Shown here: in pieces, positions 61,756 to 64,000 of the stretch
Layout of the letters: each line of letters opens with the position of its first letter
How positions within the stretch are numbered: position 1 is the first letter of the stretch
NCBI GenBank assembly: GCA_002269645.1
Contig: NIVC01003009.1
Span: 29,433 to 93,432 of the forward strand
Length of the DNA stretch: 64,000 nucleotides
Direction: 5' to 3'
Source: Macrostomum lignano
Taxonomy: Eukaryota
The notes under the pieces: model-generated
Databases searched by the model: none
What the model saw: only the letters and a program-made list of their open reading frames with translations
What the model was told of the DNA's origin: nothing
Made by a program: the position numbers and the translations under genes

Positions 61756-61959
61756 CTGTTTGATTAGAGAAATGCACTGATTGGTTTCACTTGTGCGTGC
61801 TTGTGGATAATCCATTAACACTAGCTGCGCGCGGTCAAGACCTTAACATTCTGCTTCTACCATAGACATGTGAATATGATATATAAATATGCCGCATTAT
61901 TTGTTAGTAAAGTGTGCCTCACAGAATTACACTTACACACACACAAACCATGCATAAGC

Positions 61960-63183
61960 ACGAGATGCCTGTGTCAGTGAGACCTCAGCCTCAGTAATTA
62001 GTAACAGGATATGGCTGTCCCTACGAGATGCCTGTGTCAGTGAGACCTCAGCCTCAGTAATTAGTAACAGGATATGGCTGTCCCTACTAGATGCCTGTGT
62101 CAGTGAGACCTCAGCCTCAGTAATTAGTAACAGGATATGGCTGTCCCTACTAGATGCCTGTGTCAGTGAGACCTCAGCCTCAGTAATTAGTAACAGGATA
62201 TGGCTGTCCCTACTAGATGCCTGTGTCAGTGAGACCTCAGCCTCAGTAATTAGTAACAGGATATGGCTGTCCCTACGAGATGCCTGTGTCAGTGAGACCT
62301 CAGCCTCAGTAATTAGTAACAGGATATGGCTGTCCCTACTAGATGCCTGTGTCAGTGAGACCTCAGCCTCAGTAATTAGTAACAGGATATGGCTGTCCCT
62401 ACTAGATGCCTGTGTCAGTGAGACCTCAGCCTCAGTAATTAGTAACAGGATATGGCTGTCCCTACTAGATGCCTGTGTCAGTGAGACCTCAGCCTCAGTA
62501 ATTAGTAACAGGATATGGCTGTCCCTACTAGATGCCTGTGTCAGTGAGACCTCAGCCTCAGTAATTAGTAACAGGATATGGCTGTCCCTACTAGATGCCT
62601 GTGTCAGTGAGACCTCAGCCTCAGTAATTAGTAACAGGATATGGCTGTCCCTACTAGATGCCTGTGTGTCAGTGAGACCTCAGCCTCAGTAATTAGTAAC
62701 AGGATATGGCTGTCCCTACTAGATGCCTGTGTCAGTGAGACCTCAGCCTCAGTAATTAGTAACAGGATATGGCTGTCCCTACTAGATGCCTGTGTCAGTG
62801 AGACCTCAGCCTCAGTAATTAGTAACAGGATATGGCTGTCCCTACTAGATGCCTGTGTCAGTGAGACCTCAGCCTCAGTAATTAGTAACAGGATATGGCT
62901 GTCCCTACTAGATGCCTGTGTCAGTGAGACCTCAGCCTCAGTAATTAGTAACAGGATATGGCTGTCCCTACTAGATGCCTGTGTCAGTGCGACCTCAGCC
63001 TCAGAAATTAGTAACAGGATATTGCTGTCCCTACTAGATGCCTGTGTCAGTGAGACCTCAGCCTCAGTAATTAGTAACAGGATATGGCTGTCCCTACTAG
63101 ATGCCTGTGTCAGTGAGACCTCAGCCTCAGTAATTAGTAACAGGATATGGCTGACCCTACTAGATGCCTGTGTCAGTGCGACC
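61960..63183. repeat. 63-bp minisatellite (gatgcctgtgtcagtgagacctcagcctcagtaattagtaacaggatatggctgtccctacta)
   Basis: Period 63 (62041/62104); near-identical units, no spacers. Confidence 0.95.
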
Positions 63184-63593
63184 CTAATTCTATAGAACTA
63201 GAAAATGAGTAGAGGCCGAGTTCACCAGAGACTATCAACTGTAGAAGCCTCGACAAATATAGATTTAAGCGTTTACTTTAAAAAAGTAGAAAACTGCATT
63301 ACAATGTCCTGGACAAATGGACGAGACACTAAATTGAGATAAAATATAATAGAGATATAAGTTGATAAAAGTTTGCAATACAAACCAGGAGGTTAAAACC
63401 AGCAGTACGTGTAACCTAAGAAAAATATTAAGCACACCAAACGGCGTGCAGAAAAATGCACTAAAATGCGATTTTTGAGACTTATATCGGCGATATTAAC
63501 CCGGCCTAAAAGCTAACAATTTGAAGTTAAAAATTCAAACTGAGTGAACATAAATAAGCCAATTTGCCGCCTTGGTCAACACCCCCAGCTTCA

Positions 63594-64000
63594 TTAAAAG
63601 TCATCAAACAGAGACAGTCGAATTCTCTGCCTTGTCAGAATCTCCGTCACGTCGTAGCAGTCGGGAGCGATGCAGTACTCCGGACTGTCCAGCTGCTGCA
63701 CCCGGAACTTGCTGATGGGTCCAGCAGCCAGTCTCTGTTCAGCACCACGATGTCACCGGAGGCCGCGATGGCCTGGCAGCGGCCTCGCTGAACTTCGCGT
63801 CGTCCTGGTCGGCCACGGCGACGCTCAGACACCCGGTGGCCTGTCGGCGAGGCAGCGACTCCGGGCTGGCGGCGAACTGGCCGCCGCACTGCTGCCACCA
63901 GAGTCTGCAGGGCGAAGCTCGCATGTTGACGAAGTCGCCCACAGGCGAGCGATGCAGAACTGCTCCAGCAGCCGGGACGGACCGGGCAGCGGTCGCGGCC
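63594..64000 (-). pseudogene. BRCA1: 3' end of a second BRCA1-like copy (BRCT2 exon), cut by the window edge, with 6 indels relative to copy 1
   Basis: 63656-64000 aligns to 58325-58670 with 6 substitutions and 6 small indels; it has its own stop at 63594-63596 after PDCYDVTEILTRQRIRLSLFDDF. It may be a real gene with consensus errors. Confidence 0.7.

Noticed and set aside
61960-63183. CRISPR-like regular repeats (also 52151-52500)
   Set aside because: Head-to-tail identical units with no unique spacers, no cas genes, eukaryotic context.
63190-63590. Cys-containing frame (SICPGHCNAVF) as BRCA1 RING exons
   Set aside because: Spacing does not fit C3HC4; AT-rich with stops; no supporting splice structure.

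Overview
Eukaryotic (animal) genomic DNA; there is no prokaryotic or CRISPR content. GC-rich coding exons sit among about 28 unrelated mini/microsatellite arrays (roughly 40-45% of the window by hand estimate). This texture resembles the free-living flatworm Macrostomum, which is an inference and not confirmed. Four host genes were assembled by hand with GT-AG, phase-consistent exons: (1) an Ovo/Shavenbaby C2H2 zinc-finger factor (+, CDS 9841-19356, about 485 aa) whose N-terminus carries PIDLS (CtBP) and eh1 (Groucho) motifs; (2) a 106-aa secreted, neuropeptide-like precursor (-, 25560-25880); (3) a TEX264 homologue (-, 39489-45361) with a long acidic tail; (4) a BRCA1-like tandem-BRCT gene (-, 58269-61755) with no RING exons in the available space and three inferred 1-bp deletions, plus the 3' end of a second BRCA1-like copy at the window edge. 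Mobile elements: an intact D,D34D mariner with TIRs and TA duplication, a 5'-truncated RT-RNase H LINE with a 12-bp TSD, a piggyBac fossil, a foldback element with an 8-bp TSD, and a putative tRNA-derived SINE family. Most long ORFs in the supplied track are artefacts of tandem repeats.
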